Assembly: GCA_020184695.1 (NCBI GenBank)
Contig: JAANOX010000087.1
Span: 124,001-188,000 of the forward strand
DNA length: 64,000 nucleotides
Reading direction: 5' to 3'
Origin: Histomonas meleagridis 2922-C6/04-290x
Taxonomy: Eukaryota > Protista > Parabasalia
Shown: positions 22,301-32,249 of the stretch, piece by piece
Layout: each line of letters begins with the position of its first letter
How positions within the stretch are numbered: the first letter of the stretch is position 1
Translations under genes and position numbers: made by a program
Notes under the pieces: generated by a model
The model's input: only the letters and a program-made list of their open reading frames with translations
Databases searched by the model: none
What the model was told of the DNA's origin: nothing

Positions 22301-23345
22301 ACTTCTTGAACAAGAAGGAATTGATGTAAATGCAAAAACTATTTATTTGTTTTATTTTTGGTTTGTTTTTATGATTTTATCATGTTTCACAATGATATTT
22401 AGTAATTTTTCCATTTGTTTGTAACAGCGCTTATTATCGCATCTCAAAATGGTTATACAGAAATAGTTAAATTACTTCTTGAACAAGAAGATATTGATAT
22501 TAATGCTAAAGATATTTATTTGTTTTATTTAATATTTATTTTAATAATAAAGAATTTCAAATGACTATTCGAAAATTATTTTGATCATTTAATACAGCAC
22601 TTATAATAGCAGCTGAAAAAGGTTATATTGAAATAGTTAAATTACTTTTAGGAAAAGAAGGAATTGATGTTAATATAAAAAATTTTTATTCATTTTATAA
22701 GAAATTTATTTTGATAATTTGAAATTTTAAAATAATATTTGGAATTTACTTAAATTATTTTTCACAACACTTATGATAGCATCTTTATGCGGTTATACAG
22801 TAATAGTTCAATTACTTCTTAATACAGAAAATATTAAAATTAATGCTAAAAATATTTTACAATTTTTGTTGATGTTCATTTTTATAGTTTAATGTATTAT
22901 AATAATTTTTGATATTTCTATAAATTACCCGAAACAGCACTAATGTTAGCATCAATAAGAGGTCATACGCAAATTGTTAAAATGCTTCTTGAACATAAGG
23001 ATATTAATGTAAATGCTAAAAATGTTAATTTGTTTTATTTTTAGTTTAATTTATACTTTTTTTATTTATAAATTAAATTTGGAATTTTTTTAAATAATTC
23101 GAAACAGCACTTATGTACGCAGCAAAACAAGGTTATTTAGGTGTAATTAGCTTACTTGTTGAACATCCTGAAATCGATGTTAATGTTACAGATGCAGATT
23201 TAATAAATTTTTTGTTTTTATTAATTAAATAGTGTTTCAAAATTATATTTGGAATGCATTTGAATTATATAGAACAGCATTTACTTATGCATCTCAATGT
23301 GGTCATCCAGACGTTGTTAGTTTATTAAAAAAATATATAACATAA
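19351..23345 (+). CDS. DUF3447-type ankyrin repeat protein; 963 aa after removal of 65 spacers (the ORF track stops at 20565)
   Basis: N-terminal trichomonad DUF3447-like region (DYAAFFGSINCFKFL, AVAGGNLEIF). Then 17 further ankyrin repeats whose 87-90-nt core segments are free of stops and frameshifts. Final TAA at 23343-23345. 3995 nt minus 1103 spacer nt = 2892 nt = 964 codons. Confidence 0.85.
20533..23273 (+). other. 17 cassettes of 17-nt AT-rich spacers alternating with single codons
   Basis: Cassettes start at 20533, 20700, 20870, 21040, 21187, 21337, 21505, 21675, 21845, 22015, 22171, 22341, 22514, 22684, 22854, 23024 and 23194. 12 of 17 are exactly 80 nt = 4 x (17+3). Confidence 0.9.
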
Positions 23346-24172
23346 TATGAAAATTAATATAATATAAATAATATAATAAAAAACATTTTAATTATATTTA
23401 TGGTTCTGTGAAATTAAAGTATTTATTCTTATCTATACTATTGATGTTTTCTTTCACAATTCAATGTGAAATCATTGTGGAATATATCTTATAAGTTATC
23501 AAGCTTTAAATAAAGTTATAACTATTTTGATTTCAGACATTTTCTAATCGAATCTAAACTACCATTCGAACCATTTAAAGCAATACCATTAAAGATATAT
23601 GCATTAAAATGTTTAATATACTTGAACCTTTGTCACAACGGATTTGTTTTCTGTATATGTCAATGCATTTAATATCATTACTATTCATGAAATGCGTTCA
23701 AATTGGTAAAAATTAACCTTCGATGTAATCATTATTATCAAAATCTTTTTAATGGCTTTTTATTCAGGAAATTCTCGAGTCCATTGATGGTTGATAAATC
23801 TTTACTTCGACATTTCCGTATTTTAAGTTGTTTAAATTCGGTTTTATTCTACGTCATAGTGGAAAAAATATGATTAGCAATAAATCAACTTGAACATATG
23901 TCTGATGTTTTAATGATCTTACTAAATGGTATTAGTAAAATTAATTATTCTAATGTTATAGGTACAATAACATTTCGAATATATAATTCATATAACTAAT
24001 TGAGTACTAATTTCACTAAGTGAAAACCATTTCAGTCTCAAAACACTGTATATCTCCTTCCAACATCACATAGCAAAACATTAAACATAATACATATTCT
24101 TCATAATATAACACAGTCATTCGCAATTCATTTCGAATTAATATTAAACATTATGGATATGAATTCATTTAT

Positions 24173-26743
24173 TTATTCATCCTCGTCTTCCTCTTCGTTT
24201 GTCGCCTCTTTCAGCATTACGAATCCGTGGAACACCTGACCCGTAATTGGTTTATATCTTTTATTAAAGTTCAAGTCTATTCCTGACAATTGGTTCAATG
24301 TAACTCTCGACGGGTTCTTTAGCACTTCTATTTCGTCATCTTCGTCCTCTTCTTCTTCTTCTATTTCCATTTCCTTCTTAATATTTTCTTCTTCATTTGC
24401 AGCCATTTTCTTTGTGATTGATAACACAGCAGCTTTACCGAGTTGAATTTCTTCTTTTTCGCTATCGAACGACGGCGGGTTTGCGTATAACTTTCGACTT
24501 CCTCTACTAAGTATTTCCCAGTCGACGATGTTTAAGTTCTTATCCAATCCGATTACTGCTGTTGGATGAAAAGCTAAAGGCAACATCAATGCCAACGGGT
24601 GCCAATAAAAGTAATTACAGAACAAAGCTATAGCAACTGTTGCGAGAACAGAATTTTCGCCACGTAATGAGTTACAAGAGATCACCACGTTACGTCCGCC
24701 AGCATTTAATATGCCATAAGCTAAACACATACCAAAGACTTGTAAATCATTTCGTTTCTTTGTGATTAATTTCCTTAGATATGCTCTGAACTCTTTCGTA
24801 TACGGAACAGCTTTATCACTTTGCTGTTGTAATACCATCGCCATTGCGATCATTGCGCTTTGCTTGACGAAGTCTTCTAAGTCATTAAGTAATGGCTCGA
24901 GTATATTAATAGCTTCAGTCATCCCTGTGCCTGCACAAGCTATACCTAACGCTAAAGCTGCGCCACTTCGTACATGTGGATGATAACTTTTCGCTAATAA
25001 GTCGACCATTCCTGGAACTTCTTTATAGCTTCGTGATAATACAAATCCGACGCCTATAACTGCAGCTCTTCGTACGTCCGGATTTACGTCACTTACGGCT
25101 AAATGTAATAATCGTTGTAACGCAGTATTAGATGCAGTACCGACATAAGCTAATGCTGTTACCCAAGCAGCACTTTCACGCATTAATGGAATACGACTTT
25201 GTAATAACCTTTCGACTAACTTTTCACTCTTTTCTTCTAAGCCATACATCATTAACGCTAAGCCCATTGCACAACCTCTTGTGATTTTTTCATGTTCTGT
25301 AGTCGACGCTAATTTTTCTAAATCATTTAATTCGTCACATTCTCCACATCCTAACATTATCATTCCGATTGCATAACCTGCCGCTTCTCCTGCTTCTGGT
25401 GATGGTGATAGTGATACTTCTTTAGCTATTCGATAATACTCTTGGTTTTGTGACCCCATAGAGATCAAACCTAATGCTAAACATCCGCCATGTTTAACTA
25501 CAATCGATTGTGAGCTATTCATTAACGTCGTTATCTTGTCGAGTACTGTTTGATTCCATGTATAATTTGCATAGATTAATCCTAACGCAAATAACCCTCC
25601 GCCTAATGCATATTGTGGAGTTGATTTATTTAAAAAGGATTGAAGCACTTGTAACGCGGCCTTCAAATGTCCAATATGAATTGCTCCGACTGCTGCTATT
25701 GTCATAAATAATGCCCAATTCTTACCAGTAGAAAACCATTGTGTATTATTACGATAAAAGTTATCATCACCAGTGCCTGCATACATAAATGAATAAGCCA
25801 TAATTACTGATGAATGAACTAACATGCGCGAATTATTTAATGTGTCTTTTAGTGCAACAATTACATGAATGTCTGTCTTGTTGTTCTTGAATAAAAATTG
25901 TAAATATTGATCTAATAATACTTGACGACAGATAATGTTCTTTAACGTGTCGAATTCGGGATCTTCTGGTAATGAACTATTAACTTCGGAAATGAATTTT
26001 TGTGATGCATTCTCAGCTAACTCAAAACCAATTTGATACGCTAATAACGTGTGGTCATCAACATGACTTTGAATTAATGCAGTAAGGAGATCAGCAACAC
26101 TTTTTGGCTTTTGAAGTGCTTGATATAATTGTGATAATTGAAACTTGTTACAATGACTTTGGGCAAAATTAACAAATTCTTGAAGAAGTTGTTGTCGATA
26201 TGATGAATCTGCAACTGTGTTCATGGTTAAAATTATGGCATGTCCAACTAATGATGGTTGAAGTTGAATAGAACGTTGAACATAGTCTAAAAATCGTGTC
26301 TCAATGGCTATGCATAAGCATTGTGATATTTTATTTTGTTGAATTAAGTCATCTAATAAATTTTGGATAATTCTTTTGAGTGCATCTAGTGGTGTTTGAC
26401 CCGAATTAATAAGCTTAATATACTCTTGAATGGATTGGGATACAACTGTGGACGTATATTCGGATTTATAAGCAGGATTAAATTCTTCTTCTGCTAGTAT
26501 GGCATAATGAACAGCTTCTGCAAGATTACCTAAATGATAAAACATACGAGAGACAAGTAATGCTGCATTTTTATGTGCTACAAAACTTTGATCTTTTGCA
26601 AGTTTTATCAAAAGTAATTCTTGGTCAGCAATTAATGGCCATTCATTCTCCATAATTTGATGAAGCATCTGGAGACCGTAAATCCTAAGATTAATATTTT
26701 TTTCATTCAACATTGCAAGAAAAGCAGGTGCTGATCCCCACAT
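24173..26743 (-). CDS. RPN2: 26S proteasome regulatory subunit RPN2/PSMD1
   Basis: PC repeats, WALFMTIAAVGAIH, LLHLAVSDVNPDVRRAAV. Confidence 0.95.
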   Translation of the reverse strand: MWGSAPAFLAMLNEKNINLRIYGLQMLHQIMENEWPLIADQELLLIKLAKDQSFVAHKNAALLVSRMFYHLGNLAEAVHYAILAEEEFNPAYKSEYTSTVVSQSIQEYIKLINSGQTPLDALKRIIQNLLDDLIQQNKISQCLCIAIETRFLDYVQRSIQLQPSLVGHAIILTMNTVADSSYRQQLLQEFVNFAQSHCNKFQLSQLYQALQKPKSVADLLTALIQSHVDDHTLLAYQIGFELAENASQKFISEVNSSLPEDPEFDTLKNIICRQVLLDQYLQFLFKNNKTDIHVIVALKDTLNNSRMLVHSSVIMAYSFMYAGTGDDNFYRNNTQWFSTGKNWALFMTIAAVGAIHIGHLKAALQVLQSFLNKSTPQYALGGGLFALGLIYANYTWNQTVLDKITTLMNSSQSIVVKHGGCLALGLISMGSQNQEYYRIAKEVSLSPSPEAGEAAGYAIGMIMLGCGECDELNDLEKLASTTEHEKITRGCAMGLALMMYGLEEKSEKLVERLLQSRIPLMRESAAWVTALAYVGTASNTALQRLLHLAVSDVNPDVRRAAVIGVGFVLSRSYKEVPGMVDLLAKSYHPHVRSGAALALGIACAGTGMTEAINILEPLLNDLEDFVKQSAMIAMAMVLQQQSDKAVPYTKEFRAYLRKLITKKRNDLQVFGMCLAYGILNAGGRNVVISCNSLRGENSVLATVAIALFCNYFYWHPLALMLPLAFHPTAVIGLDKNLNIVDWEILSRGSRKLYANPPSFDSEKEEIQLGKAAVLSITKKMAANEEENIKKEMEIEEEEEDEDDEIEVLKNPSRVTLNQLSGIDLNFNKRYKPITGQVFHGFVMLKEATNEEEDEDE

Positions 26744-26907
26744 TTTTTTTAGGTAAACGAGTCAAACAAACTTTCTCAAAAAAGTGTTACAGAGAAACCG
26801 TTAATATAAGTAAAGTTAACAAAACACGTTTAAAGTATTCAAAAGTCATAATATTTTTATTAGTTATTAACAAACAAAGGAATACACACTTAAAATTGCA
26901 AATTAAA

Positions 26908-27417
26908 TCAATTTCCAGTGGACCGGGATTCCCAAAGAAGTGGAAGATTAGTAGTAGATGGACTTGTTGCGGAAATATCTGATATTGTTGTTGTACTCGT
27001 TTTCTGTTCTTCTGGCCTCTCAGTGAATTGAACAAATGCCTTTATTAATTTTTGATGACTGTGATGATTTCCTTCAATTCTTCTATACAAAATGTCTTTG
27101 ATTCTGAGCCTTTCGTCTAATAACACATTTTGGATTGATTTCCTTTTTTTAGCCAATTTAGAAAGCTCGCCTGTTGGATTTTTTTCTTGTATCATATTCT
27201 TATTTTGATGATATATGTACAAATGATCTTCATTTTTTATTCCATAAAACAAGAAAGAAAATGCTCGTGATAAAATGATACCATTAAATATTAGCTGATG
27301 TGAATCTTGAATATTAAGAACATCATTAAGTTTTCCTATGTTGTCATTACCGAAAACTTCTATTTTTATTTCGGTATTCGATGGCATATCATGAACATTA
27401 ATCTTAATCTTGTCCAT
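26908..27417 (-). CDS. Protein with N-terminal ubiquitin-like domain
   Basis: HQLIFNGIILSRAFSFLFYGIKNEDHL ubiquitin-like pattern. Confidence 0.55.
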   Translation of the reverse strand: MDKIKINVHDMPSNTEIKIEVFGNDNIGKLNDVLNIQDSHQLIFNGIILSRAFSFLFYGIKNEDHLYIYHQNKNMIQEKNPTGELSKLAKKRKSIQNVLLDERLRIKDILYRRIEGNHHSHQKLIKAFVQFTERPEEQKTSTTTISDISATSPSTTNLPLLWESRSTGN

Positions 27418-27977
27418 TTTTGATGAATGAAGTGGTTGATCAACTTCATTTTACGTCGGATAACTTTTGAATGCGTTGGATTCATTTGAATTTCAAAGAA
27501 GCCGTTGCAAACAACACAATCAATATGAAAAAATAACTGCTAAGAAATCGATGTTCACTATTGAAACAAGTTTTTCAAACCAATTTGTGTTCAAATTCGA
27601 ACCCACCACAGAAATTTGGGTTTTTTATAGAAAGACGAAGAATTTATCTGAAATTTCAATTCGTGTAATCAGCAGATTCCATAAACAAAAACGAAACATT
27701 GCTCAGTGGTCTTTCTTGGTGAATTTTATCTTATCATGTAAGTCCTTAAAAAAATTCGCCTTTTAGGACAGGACATTATTAAAAATGATAAATGAAAATA
27801 TTATTTTAAAACATAAGTTTGTTTTGAAATTTAAATCTACAAAATTATTTTTAGAATAAAAATCCAACAATTTAATTTTTTGTTTTTTCTCGAAAGACAC
27901 CTTCTTTAAATTAATAAGCAAATAAGCAGATTTTAAAAAATATTTATTAACAAACAAAATCTATTCAAAAAAGGAAC

Positions 27978-28661
27978 TCAGGATGTAAAGTTAAAAAATG
28001 GACTGTCTGTGTGTGTGGCAATTGGTGAAATTAATAATAAAACTTTAACTTGGAGAACAAGATTTAGAATGTCCCAAAGCGTAATAATTAATGAAAGTGC
28101 TTTGTTTATGGTTTCACCAAACCTAATAGCAACAATGGCATAGCCAATTCCAATTATGCCGCTTCCAGGAATTCCAATCACAAAAAAGAAAAACACGAAG
28201 ATAGTAAAAAATTGAAATATTATCAATGCCTTATTTTTTGTGCCTTCGCGTGCTGCATTGTAAATAGGGAAATATTGTCCATAAATTAGTGAAACTGGAC
28301 ATATGATTAAAATGAAAAATGAAAGAATTATCTCGCGCCATCGGTAAATTAAAGATGAATTGATTTTATTGGAAAATATTTGAGCTATAAACATTAGAAG
28401 TATGCTGAAAAAGAAGGAGAAAAAACTAATCAAGCAAAACTTGACTGCATATGAGTATCTTTTTGGAATATCATGTGAAATGTTATGATAAACAACTGGG
28501 AAGAAAAAAGGGAAATTTGGTTTTCTACTTTGTTTAATTTCTGAAACATGAGCTGATATATCTTCATCAACTAATTCACTATTAAATACAACAGGATCAA
28601 TAGACATATCAAATGGATTTGGTAGTAAAGACTTTTCGCTTTCAGGTATATTTTCAGTCAT
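27978..28661 (-). CDS. SCAMP-family secretory carrier membrane protein
   Basis: PNFPFFFPVVYHNISHDIP followed by four TM helices. Confidence 0.8.
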   Translation of the reverse strand: MTENIPESEKSLLPNPFDMSIDPVVFNSELVDEDISAHVSEIKQSRKPNFPFFFPVVYHNISHDIPKRYSYAVKFCLISFFSFFFSILLMFIAQIFSNKINSSLIYRWREIILSFFILIICPVSLIYGQYFPIYNAAREGTKNKALIIFQFFTIFVFFFFVIGIPGSGIIGIGYAIVAIRFGETINKALSLIITLWDILNLVLQVKVLLLISPIATHTDSPFFNFTS

Positions 28662-28986
28662 TCCATAAGTTTGGTGTTGGGGTACCCCTCGAGCAGGTCA
28701 GCATGCGATAATTTTTTAGCAATTGAATAAAATCATCTGATCAGAAACAATTTTTGTAGTTAAGATGATTAAATACTATGAGCTCAAGTTCATACGTTTT
28801 TGTTATAAAATTTTCTTAGAAATGAACATTAAATTTCAATTTCCATACATGAAAATTTTTTCCAATAACTTTATAAATCCATCAAATGATGAATAGCAAT
28901 TACAAGAAAATAAAAAGTTTCACATTTTCTATAAAAGAAAAAATTTATCAACAAATTAAATTTGATTAAAATTAACAAATGTTCAT

Positions 28987-30162
28987 TTATTGTGCCTCTT
29001 TACAATGGTCAATCAGTGGCTCCATCATTGATCTAAATGCGTGCATATCATATATTGTCTCATTCGAATTCATCATTGGTATCACCAATGGATTTCCATT
29101 GAATGAGAACCTCACATAATATTTCTGATCCTTTTCGAATAGCTCAACAGCTATATGAGATGCGTATGGTGGTACAGAGTTAACGTTCTGTCCTAAAGCG
29201 GTTAACATTGCAACAACCGACGTATCGTGTGCTGAGTGAAGTGCGAACTTCACCGGTGAAACTCCGGAAAGTGCCTCATCGATGACGCGGAAAATTTCCC
29301 TCATTCCAGTGGAGAAAGCAATTCCACGTGTTTTGTTATTATCACCGCCGTAAGCTCCAAACATAAAGCTACCAGAAATGGTCCGACATTTGGAAATCAT
29401 TTGAGAGGTAACACTTGGACCTATTTCACGTTCATCACATGATAATGTATTGACCCAATCGCAAACTTTTTCAAGAGAACTTCTGTCGGTAATGCTAATG
29501 TCAAGATATTTGCCTAGTTCGCCAAACATTTCTTGTCCTTCTTTAAGTTGATTCTTAAATGAATCCGTATTTAAAAAATCTGTTTCGAGTTGCTTGATTT
29601 CGGGACAATATGAAGAGGATGGACGGAGAACATCATAGGTGGATCCAATAATGACGGATATTATTTCATCTGGACGGGCTGGTGGATATAAACCATTAAG
29701 AAATGAAATTGCACTTCTGTAGGTACGATCATATGTAGTAGCTCGAACAAACATTTCATCTGGATTGATGTAGTCGGTACTAAGGAATTTCTTGTCAACC
29801 AAATATTTTCGATATGATGCGCCAAGTAGTTTGTGTTGATTCATACCTTCTAAAGTGAGTTCGCCCACAGCACAACTTGGAGGATAATCTGTTAAACGAG
29901 GATCCATTAGATGGCGAATTCTTCTTGGCTTGTTGAGATTTGCAACGTTTATACGGCCTGAAACGGCATCATCTGAATCGCAATTCCATTGGCCTCTTTG
30001 TGTCCGATTTAAGAGGGCATTTAATGGTGATCTAGCACCATGACGAGTTAAAACTTGAATTTGAACTAGCTTATATCCTTCTGGCGGTTCTGGTGGAGTC
30101 GATGTTGATGCTACACATGTTTGATCAAATGAAAACGCAAATGACAACAGGAAGAAAAACAT
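28987..30162 (-). CDS. Secreted/lysosomal histidine acid phosphatase
   Basis: Signal peptide, RHGARSP and SAHDTS motifs. Confidence 0.92.
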   Translation of the reverse strand: MFFFLLSFAFSFDQTCVASTSTPPEPPEGYKLVQIQVLTRHGARSPLNALLNRTQRGQWNCDSDDAVSGRINVANLNKPRRIRHLMDPRLTDYPPSCAVGELTLEGMNQHKLLGASYRKYLVDKKFLSTDYINPDEMFVRATTYDRTYRSAISFLNGLYPPARPDEIISVIIGSTYDVLRPSSSYCPEIKQLETDFLNTDSFKNQLKEGQEMFGELGKYLDISITDRSSLEKVCDWVNTLSCDEREIGPSVTSQMISKCRTISGSFMFGAYGGDNNKTRGIAFSTGMREIFRVIDEALSGVSPVKFALHSAHDTSVVAMLTALGQNVNSVPPYASHIAVELFEKDQKYYVRFSFNGNPLVIPMMNSNETIYDMHAFRSMMEPLIDHCKEAQ

Positions 30163-30250
30163 CTTTGCAAAACGGTTATAAAGAATTTTTCTGTATCGAT
30201 AACCGTTGATCTAACGGTGGTTAAAATTCAACATAAATAAACGTTTTTTC

Positions 30251-31963
30251 ATGGATTTGCTTTCTCAACTCAATGCAGCGTTTAATGAAAAAGATAAACA
30301 AATTGAAGAATTAGAAAATAAAATTAAAGGTATTACAAATGAAATAGCAAAAAATATTGATTTGATCCAACAAAGGGATGAAGAGATTTATCGATTAAAT
30401 GAAGCATTAAGGCAAGCTAAACAACAAAACGAAGCATTAAAAAGTAACGAAGAAAAAATAGAATTAAAAACAAAACGAATTGAGGAAAGATGTCATGAAC
30501 TTGAACAAAGAATATCAGAACATTTGATCGAAAAAGAAAATCTTCAAACAGTTTTAAACACATCTAAATCAGAATTAGAATCTACTCAAAAACAATTTCA
30601 AGAAAACCAACGGAGACTACAAGAAGAAGAATTTAAACGAAATCAAGAATTAGAAGAACGAAAAAATTCACTTATTTATTCAATACAATCCAATGAGCAA
30701 AGTATATTAGAGCTACAAAAAGTTGCCAAGCAAATGCGTGATACCGTTTCTGGAATTCTAAATGAAATGTATTCCAAACATAATTTAGAAATGAATGAAA
30801 TGAATCAAAAAATAAAAGAACTTGAAATTTCAAATGAAGAATTAATTGAATCATTACGTGATGCCCAACAACGTAATCGATCTGAGATCACTGAAAGGGA
30901 GAAACAACTTCAAATATTAATGGAACAAAAAGCGCAAATTCAAGAAGAAGAAAATATATTAATGAAATCGAAATATGAAAAATTAATAAATGAAATTGAA
31001 ACAAAACAAAAACAGAAGAAAACACTTGAAACCGAAATCGAAGAAATTATAACATTACGAAAATCACGTGAAGAGGTGATAGAACAACTTCGATTACGAT
31101 ATGAAGAAATCGAATTAAAATCGAAGAAGCAAAGAGAAAAAATAATGAAAACAAGAAAAGAGCAGAAACAAGAAATAAATTCTCTTAAAGAAAAATTGGA
31201 ACAAGCAAAACAACTTGAAAAAGAACAACAACAAAAAATACAACAACTTCAAACATTAAAATTTAATGGGCAGAAAGAATATATTAAAAATAAAGAACTA
31301 ATCGAAGAACATAAAAAGAAACTTGAAATAGAAGTTAATAAAATTAAACAAAAAACAGAAAACGCAATAATAAAACTTCATGATGCAGAACATATATTAG
31401 AAGAATTAAATGAAAAAGAATTAAACCTAAAAAATAGAGCAAAATCAGCTGCTGAAGAATTACAGAGACAACATAACGAAGCTATGCGAACAAAGAAAAT
31501 TGTTGATGAAAAGAAAGCAGCAATAATTGAAATAAAAACAAATATCGCAAAGATTCGCGCGGAAAGAAAAATGAAAATTCAACAACAAAATAAAATAACA
31601 GTTGTTGAAATGCCATCAAAACAAAATAATGAAATAAAATCTGCAACAAACATCGAATCTGTTTTTGAAATTCCAAATCCTTCAACAGATGTATTCGAGT
31701 TATCGCCAATAAGTTCAATGAATGTAAAAGATGACGACTCAAATGATGAAGTAATTAATGAGTTAAAATCTCAATTGGATGAAATGAAGGAAATTTATAA
31801 TACATATTTAAACCAATTAAAACAAAAAACAGAAATTTATGAAAAGGAAAAAGAAGAACTCGAAGAATTAAAAGAAAAAAACATTAAACTGAAAGAAATG
31901 AAAAAGGAAATGGATCAAATGAAAGAAGATATAAACAAAATGAGACAAGTGAGACATATGTAA
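30251..31963 (+). CDS. Long coiled-coil protein, 570 aa
   Basis: E/K/Q-rich heptad composition. Confidence 0.75.
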   Translation: MDLLSQLNAAFNEKDKQIEELENKIKGITNEIAKNIDLIQQRDEEIYRLNEALRQAKQQNEALKSNEEKIELKTKRIEERCHELEQRISEHLIEKENLQTVLNTSKSELESTQKQFQENQRRLQEEEFKRNQELEERKNSLIYSIQSNEQSILELQKVAKQMRDTVSGILNEMYSKHNLEMNEMNQKIKELEISNEELIESLRDAQQRNRSEITEREKQLQILMEQKAQIQEEENILMKSKYEKLINEIETKQKQKKTLETEIEEIITLRKSREEVIEQLRLRYEEIELKSKKQREKIMKTRKEQKQEINSLKEKLEQAKQLEKEQQQKIQQLQTLKFNGQKEYIKNKELIEEHKKKLEIEVNKIKQKTENAIIKLHDAEHILEELNEKELNLKNRAKSAAEELQRQHNEAMRTKKIVDEKKAAIIEIKTNIAKIRAERKMKIQQQNKITVVEMPSKQNNEIKSATNIESVFEIPNPSTDVFELSPISSMNVKDDDSNDEVINELKSQLDEMKEIYNTYLNQLKQKTEIYEKEKEELEELKEKNIKLKEMKKEMDQMKEDINKMRQVRHM

Positions 31964-32249
31964 GTTTGTTTATGTATTAAAATATAGAGTTAATAATCAT
32001 TTAAATGTTTTTTCATATATAGAATTGCATGATCTGATAAATTGTTTTAATAACATTGAATTGTAATGTTAAATTTTCATAGCTTTATTCATATCGCTTA
32101 TAAGTATGCGCCAAATGCATTGCTAAATATACTGTATAGTATTGAGAAAGGTTATGCGTTATAATAGGTCATGTCACGATATCACATGATTTTTATAAAG
32201 ATAGTCAAGAAAAGGGATATTTCCGATACGCAAACTATTTGGCATCTAC

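Noticed and set aside
20533-23273. One ordinary intron per ankyrin repeat
   Set aside because: No AG acceptors or ACTAAC branch motif. In-frame stops at -6, -9 or -12 before the TAL codon in several cassettes. The conserved Gly is recovered only by the 17+3 parse.
20533-23273. Stop-codon reassignment explaining the interrupted gene
   Set aside because: Most cassettes also shift the frame (80 or 83 nt), and other genes in the window use TAA, TAG and TGA as normal stops.
20533-23345. CRISPR array, satellite or assembly artefact (170-nt period)
   Set aside because: The periodic units are divergent protein-coding ankyrin cores with distinct spacers, not identical repeats, and there are no cas genes.
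23500-23900. Possible decayed LRR-like coding remnant on the minus strand
   Set aside because: Too fragmentary to support a call.
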